Shown: positions 29,951-42,983, counted from the first letter of the stretch. The stretch is DNA of 64,000 nt from an uncultured Acidobacteriota bacterium (GCA_963843575.1 CAWJKZ010000010.1:224001-288000); one strand, 5' to 3'. Translations and numbers: made by a program. The notes: generated by a model from the letters alone, not told the origin.

Positions 29951-31615
29951 TCAAGTCGATCCGACACACTCGGCGAGAAGCCTGTCCTCGGCGGCCTTGG
30001 TCCACTGGCCGGAGTCGAGCAGTGCCGCGACCGTCGGGAACTGCCGTGCCATGTCGGCGAGCGGAACCAGCCCGAGGTCGTGCAGCCGAGGATACACGAT
30101 TATCTTGCCCGCGAGCGTGCGGTTTTCCACGGCGGCGAGCGCTTCGGCCGCCCCCGCCATGCCCGACACGGCGTCGACGGAGCAGTTGGTGTCGAGCCTC
30201 CCGGCCTCGAGCTTTTGCAGCACGATCTTCATGTCGCGGATCACCGATCCGCTGGTACCGAACATGTAACAACGGCGCTCGATATAGGTGTCCATGTCGA
30301 GCAGCTGGCGGGTCGGGGCCGGAATGCCGGCGAAGATGTTGATGCGGGCCCCCTCCAGGCTGTGCGCCACGGCCTCGGCCACCAGCGCCCCGACCGGTGC
30401 CAGCAGCACGTAGTAGCTGAACTCCCCCGCCAGCGGGGCGCCGGCGGTGTTCACGAGTTCGAGTTCGATCCCTGCCGCGCGGGCGAGCGGGGCGGCCTTG
30501 GATCCCAGAGAGGCCAACCGGAGGTCGTCGACGTCGGCCCCGACGATGCGTATTCCCTGCACTCCCTGACGCAGGCAGCGTATGACGTGCATCTGGCCCA
30601 TGGGGCCGCCGGCGCCGAGCACGGCGATCCGTTCGCCCGGCAGGATCTCGCCGCTCGGCGGGATCGACTCGTACCCTTCACGCGCCTGGGTGCCGTGGGT
30701 GCCGGTCCAGCGTGTCATTCCATAATGCACCCGGCCCACCCCGATCGACACCGGCGGGCCGATGCGGCACCCGCCGGTCACGATGTTGATGAGCCCCCCG
30801 GCAGCGAGCTTGTCGTTCAGGATCTCAATGGTCCGGCTGCGCGCCCCGTAGTAGAGGATGTCGTCGAACCCCTCGTCGGGGACCGACGCCAGGTCCTCGG
30901 CGCAGTCGAAGGACGCGTGACGGGCCTCGCCCGCAGCCAGGACACTGCGCGGCCCTGTCCTCCCTGCGAGCTCGATCGCGTCGTCCCAGCCGTGGCCCTG
31001 CTCGACGTACAGGAGCAGTCTGCCACCGCGCCTGATCCCGCCCCGCTCGGGGTTGGCGTAGGAATCTTCGACACACGCCCACGGCTCGACCAGGGCCACC
31101 GCCGACGCCGCCAGGTGCTCGGGCACCGGTATGAGAAACCTCTCGTCCGTGTCGGGATCCATGATGACGCGCTCGTCCATGAGGACGTACTCCTGGAGCC
31201 CTCCCTCGAAGTTGTAGCCAAATGCCGCATTGGAATTCGAGGTGCGCAGGGTGCGGTAGTCCGTCTGCACCAGACACCGCTCGTCGATCCGGTAATGCCG
31301 GACGTCCTCGCCTATCGCAACGATGCGGCACACCACCTCGTGCCCCGGGACAGTGGGCTCGGCACCGGGAACGTAGCTCGGGATCGACTGGAGTACCTCG
31401 GGCGGCATCCCCTCGAGGATTTCGGTCTTCCGCGCGTGCTCGGAGAATTGTTTGAGGAGCTTCAAGTCCGAGAAACAGAGGCCGACCGCCTCGACCCGGG
31501 CCAGCACCTGTCGCGGGCCGGGCGTCGGCACGTCTTTGCTAGTGTTGTGAGTGAGGACGCCGGGGCCGACCAGCTGGATCGCGTGCTGTTTTCGAGGCAA
31601 GAGACCGTCGTTCAT
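29951..31615 (-). CDS. Zn-dependent MDR dehydrogenase, L-sorbose-1-phosphate reductase (SorE)-like, extended
   Basis: GLCFSD, PGHE, LVEPWACV, GAGGPMG, FGTSG, GKIIVYP. Confidence 0.82.
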   Translation of the reverse strand: MNDGLLPRKQHAIQLVGPGVLTHNTSKDVPTPGPRQVLARVEAVGLCFSDLKLLKQFSEHARKTEILEGMPPEVLQSIPSYVPGAEPTVPGHEVVCRIVAIGEDVRHYRIDERCLVQTDYRTLRTSNSNAAFGYNFEGGLQEYVLMDERVIMDPDTDERFLIPVPEHLAASAVALVEPWACVEDSYANPERGGIRRGGRLLLYVEQGHGWDDAIELAGRTGPRSVLAAGEARHASFDCAEDLASVPDEGFDDILYYGARSRTIEILNDKLAAGGLINIVTGGCRIGPPVSIGVGRVHYGMTRWTGTHGTQAREGYESIPPSGEILPGERIAVLGAGGPMGQMHVIRCLRQGVQGIRIVGADVDDLRLASLGSKAAPLARAAGIELELVNTAGAPLAGEFSYYVLLAPVGALVAEAVAHSLEGARINIFAGIPAPTRQLLDMDTYIERRCYMFGTSGSVIRDMKIVLQKLEAGRLDTNCSVDAVSGMAGAAEALAAVENRTLAGKIIVYPRLHDLGLVPLADMARQFPTVAALLDSGQWTKAAEDRLLAECVGST

Positions 31616-31639
31616 GGCTGCCCTCCAACCACCCTTTAG

Positions 31640-31665
31640 CGTCCGGGCTGAAGCCCGGACCCACG
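31640..31665 (-). repeat. GTRG-type REP family B, copy 1
   Basis: Minus strand CGTGGGTCCGGGCTTCAGCCCGGACG; 25 of 26 bases match 36213-36238. Confidence 0.75.
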
Positions 31666-31683
31666 TGATCGTCGCCACAGAGA

Positions 31684-33735
31684 CTAGTGCAGCATCACTT
31701 GGCCGCCGGTCACGGGCAACGCCTGGCCGGTCTCATACTTCTGTTCGACCAGGTAATAGACCGCCTTCATGATGTCGGCCGTCGTGCAGCCCCGTCCCAT
31801 CGGCACCTTCGCCTCATAGGCGCGGCGCACGTCTTCGATCGTGCGCGCGCCGGGTACCTTCCCCGTGCGCAGATACTGGACGAAGAGTCCGGTCTCCGGA
31901 TCGGACCAGAGCGGTCCCTCGAAAAAATTCCCTGGGCACACGGCGTTGACCTTGATGCCGTCGTCGACAAGCTCGAGGGCGAACGACTGGGTCAGCCCGA
32001 TACTGCCGAACTTGCTGCCGGCGTAAGCGCCGTTGCGGTTTGAACCTGCCAGACCCGATTTCGAGTTGATCTGGATGATGTCGCTCCAGTACGACGGGCA
32101 CGCGCGCCGCTGCCGCGCCATGACGGGGGCGGCCAGCTGGACGCACAGGAAAAAACCGCGGTAGTTCACGGAGGTGACGAGGTCGAATTCGTGCAGCGGC
32201 TGGCTTTTAACGCTCCCCGCCAGGAGGACGCCGGCGTTGGATACGAGCAGGTCGATGCCGCCGTACCGGCGCACGTGCGCGTGCAGCGCGTCGGCGAGCG
32301 AGTCGAGGCTGGTGACGTCGGCGTGCACTGCGGCAGCCTGCCCTTCGCCCCGTTCGGCGCAGATCGCCTCTGCCGCGCGCGAGGCCCCCTCGGCGTTCAG
32401 ATCCGCCAGGGTGACGACGGCCCCGTCGCCCGCGAGGGCTTCCGCGATCTCCCTGCCGAAGCCCTGCGCCGCCCCGGTGACGAAGGCGACTCTGCCGCTC
32501 ATGCGGCCCGCCGCGCGGGCAGACGCGATCCCGCGCCGATAGGCTTCCACCTCCCAGTGCTCGATGAAGCCGCGGTCCCGGGACGGCAGGGGTCGCGCCC
32601 CCCCGAAGCTCCGCGCGCCCGCCGCGACCCGGACGGCGTCGAGGTAGCACAGCCGGACCGTGTCTGCGGCGGCAAAATCGCGCCCGGACGTGAACATGCC
32701 CACGCCCGGAACCAGCACTACCAGGGGCGGGAAACCGGTCTCCCGGGTGTGCGACCGGACGGCGCCTGCGAGCCGCTCCAGCAGCGCCTCTTCCGGCTCG
32801 CCGGCGGCCCCGGCATCGAATAACAACGGGAAGGAGTTGCAGTAGACGATCTGGTCGGGAGTGAACGGGCCGCCCCGGGCGAACGCGCGCCCCTCGTCGC
32901 TCCCGGCATAGCCTAGGATCGTGGGCGAGTCGTCGAACGTCACGACGCGCAGCGCGTCCTCGTCCGCGAGCAACGCGCGCAGCGTGGGCGCGATCGCATC
33001 GATCAGGACGCGCGCCCGCCGCGGCTCGATCTGCGCAGCCGCGCCGAACGAGCCGCTTCCCGCCGCCGGCCCCACGGCCTTGGCGATCGCACCGGCGAGC
33101 CGGTCCGTGACGCTGCGCACCTCATCGGGCGTGTCGCCGCAGACGATCAGCCCGTGGTTCTGCATCAGGAGGGCCTGCGGGCAGGGTCGGCCGGTCCGTC
33201 GCGCGTAATCCCGCAGGGCAGCGGCCACGGATCGAGCCAGGACGTAGCCCGGGTCCACGTACGGCACCCAGAGGGCTTCGTCCCCGAACAGGCGCAGGGC
33301 CGCCGCTTCCCCCCCCACCGCACACGTGAGCCAATTCACCCGGGTGGCGTGCGTGTGGACCACGAAACGGCGCGGCAGCAGGTTGTGGAGCACGCATTCC
33401 ACCGAAGGACGCCGCCCCCGCTGCGGGTCCACCCGCGCGGCCAGGATCGCCTCTTTGAAGCGCTCCTCCCGCAGTCCTGGTTCGCCCCCCAGTTCCTCGA
33501 CGAGCAGCGCGTCCAGGGCGCCGCGACTGAGTTCGACGAAGTCGTCCGCCGCAATGGCCGCCAGCGCGACGCCGCTCGGCTTTACTAAAAGGGACTCGCC
33601 GACCTTGACCGAGGTGTTGCCCCCGCCGGCGATGACAAAATCGGGATTCGACCCGAAGAAGCGCGACAGCTTCACCAACTCGCCGAGCGGAGCCTCGCCC
33701 GGGACGAATTCGGGCCAGGGCATCGTTTGCGCCAT
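31684..33735 (-). CDS. Class II aldolase domain fused to sorbitol-6-phosphate dehydrogenase (SrlD)-like SDR
   Basis: AGGGNTS, PSVECVLH, VHTH, QNHG; SDR TGAAQGFG, NAG, IQINSKSG, YAGSK, PVTGGQVM. Confidence 0.88.
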   Translation of the reverse strand: MAQTMPWPEFVPGEAPLGELVKLSRFFGSNPDFVIAGGGNTSVKVGESLLVKPSGVALAAIAADDFVELSRGALDALLVEELGGEPGLREERFKEAILAARVDPQRGRRPSVECVLHNLLPRRFVVHTHATRVNWLTCAVGGEAAALRLFGDEALWVPYVDPGYVLARSVAAALRDYARRTGRPCPQALLMQNHGLIVCGDTPDEVRSVTDRLAGAIAKAVGPAAGSGSFGAAAQIEPRRARVLIDAIAPTLRALLADEDALRVVTFDDSPTILGYAGSDEGRAFARGGPFTPDQIVYCNSFPLLFDAGAAGEPEEALLERLAGAVRSHTRETGFPPLVVLVPGVGMFTSGRDFAAADTVRLCYLDAVRVAAGARSFGGARPLPSRDRGFIEHWEVEAYRRGIASARAAGRMSGRVAFVTGAAQGFGREIAEALAGDGAVVTLADLNAEGASRAAEAICAERGEGQAAAVHADVTSLDSLADALHAHVRRYGGIDLLVSNAGVLLAGSVKSQPLHEFDLVTSVNYRGFFLCVQLAAPVMARQRRACPSYWSDIIQINSKSGLAGSNRNGAYAGSKFGSIGLTQSFALELVDDGIKVNAVCPGNFFEGPLWSDPETGLFVQYLRTGKVPGARTIEDVRRAYEAKVPMGRGCTTADIMKAVYYLVEQKYETGQALPVTGGQVMLH

Positions 33736-33746
33736 CTCTGTCCTCC

Positions 33747-35006
33747 TCAGCCTATCCCGCAGGTTTGAGCGGAGAGCAAGGCCGCACCGAGCCGATGGAA
33801 ATAGCGTATCCGTGCTTCGCGGTCGGGAAACCCCGGGCTGAGCTTCCCCGTTCCATCGACGTAGCCGGACTCTCCCCGCAAGACCAGGAACTGGTGGGCG
33901 ACCGCGACGCAGGCCCCCTCGGCGAAAATGGTCTGCAACTCGGGCGCGATCGGGAGCCCGCCGGCACATGCCGGCGCCATCGGGGGCAACTCCGGCGTGT
34001 TGTGCTCGGTGCCGGCCGTCACCACGATACCCGCCTCGCGAAAGGCGCGCACGTAGCGCTCGAGCACCCCGGGGCCGTTGCGCAGCGGGATGAATTCCGC
34101 GCAGTGAATCCCGTTGCGGAGGAGGGTATCGATCAGCTTCTCCGGCGGGTCCTCATAGCCGCAGACCGGATGGGTGCCGTCGGCCAGCGTCGGGTAGCAC
34201 GGGATGCCGCCGAGCTCCAGCACGAGCCGGCACGCCTCTTCCACCGAAACGAAACACTCTTCCACGTAGGCCGGCTTCCCGGTCTTCATGAGGTGCGTCC
34301 TGAGCTCGTTCTGAACGCGCACGCGATCCTCGGGGGCAGCCCGGGACGTGACCCCCAGGATGCGCCCCAGCGCGGCGGCGCGCCCGGGCGCGGGGACCAG
34401 GCGGAACAGCTCCTCCTGGAACGCCCGGGCCACGTGGCGTTCCTGCAGCACAACGGTCTCCCGCCTGACGCCATGCCGCCGGACCACGCCGTCCGAGATC
34501 GCGGCGTCGTCGAGCGCCACGGGCAAGCCCGCCGACTGAAAACACCAAGACAGCCGCGCGACAACTTCCCGGATCCGCGCCGCATCCCTCTGCCGGATCA
34601 GGTCGAGCAAGGATTGGGCCCGCGGCGTCGGCTCCTCGAATTTCGTGATCCCCTTGCCGCAGAGGTAGATCTTGCCGGGGTTGCCGGGATCGTTGACCAG
34701 CACGCCGGCGTCCCGAAGCTGCGGGAGCAGGGCGATGATCTCCAGGCCGAAGACCGGGTAGACGCCCCGCCCCAGCGCCCGGGCGGCAAACGTCCCGTAC
34801 ATCGAATAGTCGTAGTAGTTGCTGGCGCCGAGGACGCGCACTCCCTGCGCGGCGGCCAGGTCCACCGCCTGTTCGAGGCTCTCGAAGGCCGAGAAGTTCG
34901 GCGGGAGATGGATGTGGGCGTTCGACAGGGGGATCCCGTCCCGTGCCGGGTCGAATCGGGTCGGCGACGGGTCGAGGTCGCGCAGGCGGCGAAGGGCTTC
35001 GTGCAT
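33747..35006 (-). CDS. PHP-domain metallohydrolase
   Basis: NAHIHLP, FGLEI, CYPTLADG, EFIPLRN, AGTEHN. Confidence 0.8.
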   Translation of the reverse strand: MHEALRRLRDLDPSPTRFDPARDGIPLSNAHIHLPPNFSAFESLEQAVDLAAAQGVRVLGASNYYDYSMYGTFAARALGRGVYPVFGLEIIALLPQLRDAGVLVNDPGNPGKIYLCGKGITKFEEPTPRAQSLLDLIRQRDAARIREVVARLSWCFQSAGLPVALDDAAISDGVVRRHGVRRETVVLQERHVARAFQEELFRLVPAPGRAAALGRILGVTSRAAPEDRVRVQNELRTHLMKTGKPAYVEECFVSVEEACRLVLELGGIPCYPTLADGTHPVCGYEDPPEKLIDTLLRNGIHCAEFIPLRNGPGVLERYVRAFREAGIVVTAGTEHNTPELPPMAPACAGGLPIAPELQTIFAEGACVAVAHQFLVLRGESGYVDGTGKLSPGFPDREARIRYFHRLGAALLSAQTCGIG

Positions 35007-35025
35007 GCGGCAAACCCGAGACAAG

Positions 35026-36195
35026 TCAGAGCAGCTGTTCGGGCGCTTCGAGCAGCTGCCTGAGCGAAGTGAGAAAGCGCGCCGCCATCAAACCGTCGAT
35101 GAGGCGGTGGTCCGCGCTGAGCGTCATGGTCATGACCCGGGCCGGCCGGATCCCTGCGTCGCGGACCACCACCGACTCGCGCATGGCCCCCACGGCCAGA
35201 ATCGCCGATTCGGGCGGGTTGATGATGGCCGTGAATTCCTCGATTCCGAACGAGCCGAGGTTGGACACGGTGAACACCCCGCGCCCCATGGCCACCACCT
35301 TCCCCTTGCGCGCCGCCTCCACGACCCGCTGCGTTTCGCCCGCCAGCTGGGCCAGCGACAGGCTGTCTGCGCCCAGAACCACCGGGACGACGAGCCCCTC
35401 CTCCACCGCCACCGCCACCCCGATCGAGGCGGCCGGGTACTCCACCACCTGGTCGTCCTCGACGCGGCTGCGGAACGCCGGGAAATCGCGGATTACCCGG
35501 GCGCAGGCCAAAGTCACGATATCATTAATGGTGCACGCGCACTTCGCCTTTTGCTCCCGGTAAAACACGTGGAGCGGGCCGGCATCGATCGTCAGTCGCG
35601 CGTAAAAGTGTGGTATCGACTGTTTCGAAGCGGTCATGCTCCGGGCGATAGCCCGCCGCATGCCCGCCAGCGGGCGCGCCGTCGCCCCTTCGGCCACGGC
35701 CGGAGCAGGAATCGGAGTCGGCGCAGGATCCGGAACACGAGCAGGACCAGGAGTCGGCGCCGGTTGCGCGGCCGCGGCCGCGGCCACGTCCGTCGACAGG
35801 ATCCGCCCGCCCGGCCCGCTCCCCGGCCCGAGCGAAGAGAGGCGGACCCCCAGCCGCGCCGCAGCGCCCCGCGCCGCCGGCGAAGCCTTGGTCCGCTCCG
35901 CGGGATCCGGCGCGGCCGGCCCTGTACCTGCCGCGGCCAGCTCCGCCGCGATGTCGTCGTCGGCCCCAGCAATGATGGCTATCGGCTGCAGCACCGCCAC
36001 CGTCTCCCCCTCGGCGTGAAGGATCTTCCGCAGTACCCCCGATTCAGGCGCTTCGACTTCCACGGTGGCCTTGTCCGTGTCGATCTCCAGCAGGATTTCG
36101 CCCTTCTCGACGGGCTCGCCTTCCCGCTTGCGCCACCTCACGATGGTCCCCTCCTCCATCGACTGCCCCGCTTTAGGCATCGTGACCCTGATCAT
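35026..36195 (-). CDS. 2-oxoacid dehydrogenase E2 (dihydrolipoamide acyltransferase), single lipoyl domain
   Basis: Lipoyl DTDKAT, subunit-binding ASPAAR...GSGPGGRI, catalytic SNLG, IINPP, DHRLIDG. Confidence 0.93.
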   Translation of the reverse strand: MIRVTMPKAGQSMEEGTIVRWRKREGEPVEKGEILLEIDTDKATVEVEAPESGVLRKILHAEGETVAVLQPIAIIAGADDDIAAELAAAGTGPAAPDPAERTKASPAARGAAARLGVRLSSLGPGSGPGGRILSTDVAAAAAAQPAPTPGPARVPDPAPTPIPAPAVAEGATARPLAGMRRAIARSMTASKQSIPHFYARLTIDAGPLHVFYREQKAKCACTINDIVTLACARVIRDFPAFRSRVEDDQVVEYPAASIGVAVAVEEGLVVPVVLGADSLSLAQLAGETQRVVEAARKGKVVAMGRGVFTVSNLGSFGIEEFTAIINPPESAILAVGAMRESVVVRDAGIRPARVMTMTLSADHRLIDGLMAARFLTSLRQLLEAPEQLL

Positions 36196-36212
36196 GAAGG
36201 CCTCCGGCAATA

Positions 36213-36238
36213 CGTAGGTCCGGGCTTCAGCCCGGACG
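36213..36238 (+). repeat. GTRG-type REP family B, copy 2
   Basis: CGTAGGTCCGGGCTTCAGCCCGGACG: GTAG tetranucleotide plus GTCCGGGCT/AGCCCGGAC palindrome. Confidence 0.75.
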
Positions 36239-36314
36239 TCTTTTGATCTGCCCTATCTAGTGAAGTTAGCATTCAATGGCCCGCAAACTGCATCCGGCCT
36301 GGAGCCCGAACCCA

Positions 36315-36411
36315 CATGCTCTTTAATGATGCACATTTGAACATAATACTGCAACAATGTGTACACTTTTTTGTTGATTCTATGTCGTATTGTGAGCGAT
36401 TCTGATCTTCT
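36315..36411. promoter_or_regulatory. AT-rich divergent promoter/operator region for the deoR-E1 and E2 operons
   Basis: Sharp AT enrichment with recurring TGCACA/TGAACA/TGTACA motifs between divergent start codons. Confidence 0.5.
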
Positions 36412-37222
36412 ATGAGCACGGGCACGGACCGAAGACGCGACTTCATTCTGCGCCAGATCCTGGATCATGGGAGGGTGGAGGTGAAGACGCTGGCGCAGGC
36501 GATGGCGGTGTCGGACGCCACGGTGCGGCGCGACCTGCGTTCGCTGGCCGATCTGGCTCAGGTCGAGCTGGTGTATGGCGGGGCGACGCTGCCGCGCGCC
36601 ACCGATTTCTCGTTTCGCTCCAAGGCGATGCGCAACGTGGAAGCCAAGCGGGTGATCGGGGAACTGGCGGCCGGGCTGGTCCCGGACAACGACCAGATCT
36701 TCGTCGATTCGGGCACGACTTGTTTCGAGATGTGCCGTCACCTGAGGCGGCGCCGCGGGTTGCGGGTGATCGTCAACTCGGCGCGGCTGGCGTTTGAGCT
36801 CGGCAACGGCGAGATCGGGGTGATCCTCATCGGGGGTGCGTACCGCCCGGAGCGCATGGACTCGGTCGGGCCGCTGGCGACCACGACGATCGAGCAGCTG
36901 CGCGGCTACGTGGCGTTTGTCGGGGCCGACGGGCTGAGCCGGGATTTCGGCGTGAGCGCCAGCGACATCGAGAGCGCGCACCTGTACCGGCAGGCGATCC
37001 GCAACGCGCGCGAGACGATCCTGCTCGTGGACCACACCAAGCTGATGGCCCCGTCGCTGTTCAAGATCTGCGAGTTGGACGACATCTCGCGCATCGTCAC
37101 GGACCAGAAACCGGACGCGGAGTGGCAGGAGTTCCTGGCGGCGCGGGGGATCGAAGTGATTTTCCCGGGAGACCGACCCCGGGCAGCCCGTCGAGTGACG
37201 GGCACCGCCCCTGGAGAGATCG

Positions 37223-37251
<29 letters not shown>
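36412..37251 (+). CDS. DeoR/GlpR family transcriptional regulator
   Basis: VSDATVRRDL, YGGA, DSGTT, IGG, DHTK; overlaps the E1 start. Confidence 0.93.
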
Positions 37252-39724
<2,473 letters not shown>

Positions 39725-39730
39725 CCGGGA

Positions 39731-39796
39731 TCCTCGAGTTCTTCGAGGCGTCGGGGTGAGTGCGCTGCTTACCTCCAGGCTCGAGGAATTCGAGGA
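39731..39796. terminator. Imperfect inverted repeat between convergent genes (possible bidirectional terminator)
   Basis: TCCTCGAGTTCTTCGAG ... CTCGAGGAATTCGAGGA. Confidence 0.4.
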
Positions 39797-39839
39797 ATCG
39801 CCAACAGCCGCACCGGGGACAGTTCGCGGGCGCGCGGCG

Positions 39840-41207
39840 TCACGAGCCCGCGATGAACTGTTCGACCTTCTCGCGGCAGATGTTGTCGGGATACTGCTCC
39901 GGCGGCGACTTCATGAAGTACGAGGACGGGGCGAGCAGCGGGCCGCCGATTTTCCTGTCCAGGGCAAGCTTGGCGCACCGGATCGCGTCGATCACGACGC
40001 CGGCCGAGTTGGGGCTGTCCCACACCTCGAGCTTCACCTCCACGTTCAGCGGCACGTCGCCGAAGGTCGTCCCCTCCATCCGGATGTGGCAGAACTTGCG
40101 GTCCTTCAGCCACGGCACGTAGTCCGACGGCCCGACGTGTACGTCGTCGGCGGGCAGGGCGTAGTCGAGCTGAGAGGTGACGGCGCTCGTCTTGGAGATC
40201 TTCTTGGATTCGAGCCGCTCGCGCTCGAGCATGTTCAGGAAGTCCGTGTTGCCGCCGAAGTTGAGCTGGTAGGTCCGGTCCAGCCGCACGCCGCGCTCCC
40301 GGAACAGCCGCGTCAGGACGCGGTGCACGATCGTGGCCCCGACCTGCGACTTGATGTCGTCGCCGATGAGCGGGAGCCCGGCCTCCTGGAAACGCCGCGG
40401 CCAGTAGTGATACTGGTCGCGCGCGATGAAGACCGGTATGCAGTTGACGAAACCGCACCCGGCCGCGAGCACCTGCTCGACGTACCACTTGGTGGCCTCC
40501 TCCGACCCGACGGGCAGGTAGTTGACCACGACGTCCGTCTTGCTCTCGCGCAGCAGCTTCACGATGTCCTCGGTGCCCCCCTCGGACTTCTTGATGATCT
40601 TCGACAGGTATTTCCCGAGGCCGTCGTGGGTCATGCCGCGCGCCACCCGCACCCCGAGGTGCGGCACGTCGCAGAACTTGAAGGTGTTGTTCGGGGAGGT
40701 GAAGATCGCCTCCGAGAGGTCCTTGCCGACCTTGTTGGCGTCGATGTCGATCGCCGCGACGAACTTGATGTCGCCGACGTGGTAGCCGCCGAGGTTGACG
40801 TGCATCAGGCCGGGAACGAACCGGTCTTCCGGCGCCTCCCGGTAGAACTGCACGCCCTGGACCAGGGACGAGGCGCAGTTCCCCACCCCAACGATCGCCA
40901 CCTTGATCTTTTGCCCGGCGCTCCCCTTTCCCTGCCTCGGCGCGGCGGCCCCGGCCCTCTTGCTGCCCTTCTTCTCGCCCATGGCTCCCTTCCTTCCTCG
41001 AGCCGGAAACAGCAACTCCTCCGGCATTCCCATAACCTCGCAGACCGCCTCGACAAACTCGCGGTTCGGCAGCTTCACCCCCGCCTTGATCTGCGACAGA
41101 TAACTCTCGCTCACCCGGTAGCCTCGCTCCGCGAGCGCGGAGAGCAACCACCGCTGTTTTTGTCCCCGCTCGTCGAGGACCTCGAAAAGCCTGGTACTTG
41201 CAGCCAT
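39840..41207 (-). CDS. ino1: myo-Inositol-1-phosphate synthase with in-frame N-terminal XRE-type HTH (second possible start at 40982)
   Basis: [53 protein letters not shown]; N-terminal [18 protein letters not shown]. Confidence 0.92.
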   Translation of the reverse strand: MAASTRLFEVLDERGQKQRWLLSALAERGYRVSESYLSQIKAGVKLPNREFVEAVCEVMGMPEELLFPARGRKGAMGEKKGSKRAGAAAPRQGKGSAGQKIKVAIVGVGNCASSLVQGVQFYREAPEDRFVPGLMHVNLGGYHVGDIKFVAAIDIDANKVGKDLSEAIFTSPNNTFKFCDVPHLGVRVARGMTHDGLGKYLSKIIKKSEGGTEDIVKLLRESKTDVVVNYLPVGSEEATKWYVEQVLAAGCGFVNCIPVFIARDQYHYWPRRFQEAGLPLIGDDIKSQVGATIVHRVLTRLFRERGVRLDRTYQLNFGGNTDFLNMLERERLESKKISKTSAVTSQLDYALPADDVHVGPSDYVPWLKDRKFCHIRMEGTTFGDVPLNVEVKLEVWDSPNSAGVVIDAIRCAKLALDRKIGGPLLAPSSYFMKSPPEQYPDNICREKVEQFIAGS

Positions 41208-41239
41208 CGTCAGCTTCGGCTCCCGGTTAAGTTTCCTGT

Positions 41240-41281
41240 ACTGTAAAGCCGGCAGCAAACCAGATCAAGTTAAGATAACTT
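41240..41281 (-). promoter_or_regulatory. Sigma-70 promoter with palindromic operator overlapping the -35 box
   Basis: Minus strand TTGATC-N17-TACAGT; AAGTTA-N3-TAACTT palindrome at 41267-41281. Confidence 0.6.
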
Positions 41282-41335
41282 TCCCAGTGGGAGTCCTGCG
41301 TCACGCGTGGTGGCCCTGGAAGGGATGCCGCACAG

Positions 41336-42797
41336 TCAGGGTTCCGCGAACAGGGCCAGTTCGGAGAGGGCCGGGCAGACGGGGGCCTCGGTGATGCGCA
41401 GCCGGAGGCGTCCGGTGGTTACCGGCGCCGCGGTGCGCACCAGCCGCTGGCTGCCGATCGAGGTGCCGCGGGCGAACTCGTGCCAGGCCCCGCCCTCCCA
41501 GGCATCGAGCGCGAAGGCGTCGACGCGCTGGCCCAGCGGGAGGTATTCCTTCAGGCGGACGAGGTTGAACCGGACCGGCGCCGGGAAATCGAGCACGATC
41601 TCGGGGGTGGTCACGGCGTCGTCGGTCGACCAGTAGGTCTCGCGTTTCCCGTCGATGGCCTTATCGGGCGCGAAGCGCGCGTCCCCGGCGCGCGTGTTCC
41701 CGGAGCTCGCCCTTGCCCCGCGCGCCAGGTCGCGGGCGAAGGTCGCGTCCAGGATGCGGCGCCACTCCCTGAGGCTCTGCGCGTCGCGCTCGTGGATGCG
41801 TCCGCGGCGGTCGGGCGGCACGTTGAGGATCAGGTTGCAGCCGCGCCCCACCGACTGGTAGTAGATCGCGAGCAGCTGGGCGGGCGTCTTGACCGACGCG
41901 TCTTCCGCAGCGTGGTAGAACCAGCCCGGGCGGATCGAGACGTCCACCTCGGCGGGGAGCCACGCGGCGCCGTTGCGGTCGCCGCGGTTCAGGCGGGCCG
42001 GATCGGCCCCGCCCGGGAACATGCCCTCCGGGTCGATCGCCCCCCAGCACGGGTCGCCCGCGATCCCCTTCTCGTTGCCCGACCCAGCGGACGTCCGGGC
42101 CGGCGTCGCTGAACATGCAGGCCTCGGGCTGGAGGGCCCGGACGATGCTCCAGGTGTTCGCCCAGTCGTAGTAGCTCCGGTTGTCGATGTTCCGCTTCTC
42201 GCGCGCACCGCCGTAGTATCCGTCACCCCCGTTGGCCCCGTCGAACCAGACCTCGAACAGCGGGCCGTAGCCGCCGAGCAGCTCGCGCAGCTGGTCGCGG
42301 TAATACGCGAGGTATTCGGGCCGGCCGTAGCCGGGGTGGTTGCGGTCCCAGGGCGACAGGTAGATGCCGAAGCCCATCCCGGCTCGGCGGCAGGCTTCGG
42401 ACAGCTCGCGCACGACGTCGCCAGCGCCCTTGCGCCAGGGACTGCTGCGCACCGAGTGCTCGGTGTAGCGGCTGGGCCAGAGGCAGAAGCCGTCGTGGTG
42501 CTTCGCGGTGAGGACGAGTCCCTTCATGCCGCCGTCCTTCAACGCTCCCACGATCTGCTGAGCGTCGAACTCGGTTGGGTTGAAAATGGATGGGGATTCG
42601 TCACCGTACCCCCACTCCTTGTCCGTGAACGTGTTGACGCTGAAATGGACGAAGCCGTAGACCTCCAGATCGTGCCAGCGGAGCTGCCTGGGCGAGGGGA
42701 CGGCGCCGTACGGTGCGGGCGCGGAGGATTGCGGCGATCCCAGGCCAATCCAGAAGAGCACGAGCGACAGGGCTGTGGCAGGCAAACGGGCCATCAT
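41336..42797 (-). CDS. GH29 alpha-L-fucosidase with C-terminal F5/8-like module; indel near 42082
   Basis: Signal peptide; FVHF, TAKHHDGFCLWPS, YLSPWDRN, WFDGA, RWVGNE, SIRPGWFY, SVGRG, LNVPP. Confidence 0.92.
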
Positions 42798-42983
42798 TTC
42801 CCTCCTCCCAACGGGATGTCGGGGACGGCCGGCACCGGTTCTGCGGAGCAGTGTAACAGAAACGAAATGGAGCGGCGCGCACGGTATTTAGCCCTTCCGA
42901 GGCCTGGAATTTTGATACAGTTAGGGTTTGCGGCCTGATTTGGCATCTTTACACGCCTTTTTTTGAAAGGAGACTCGATATCT

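Noticed and set aside
35690-35790. Short tandem-like repeats in E2 (GGAGTCGGCGC twice)
   Set aside because: They encode the ordinary Pro/Ala-rich interdomain linker.
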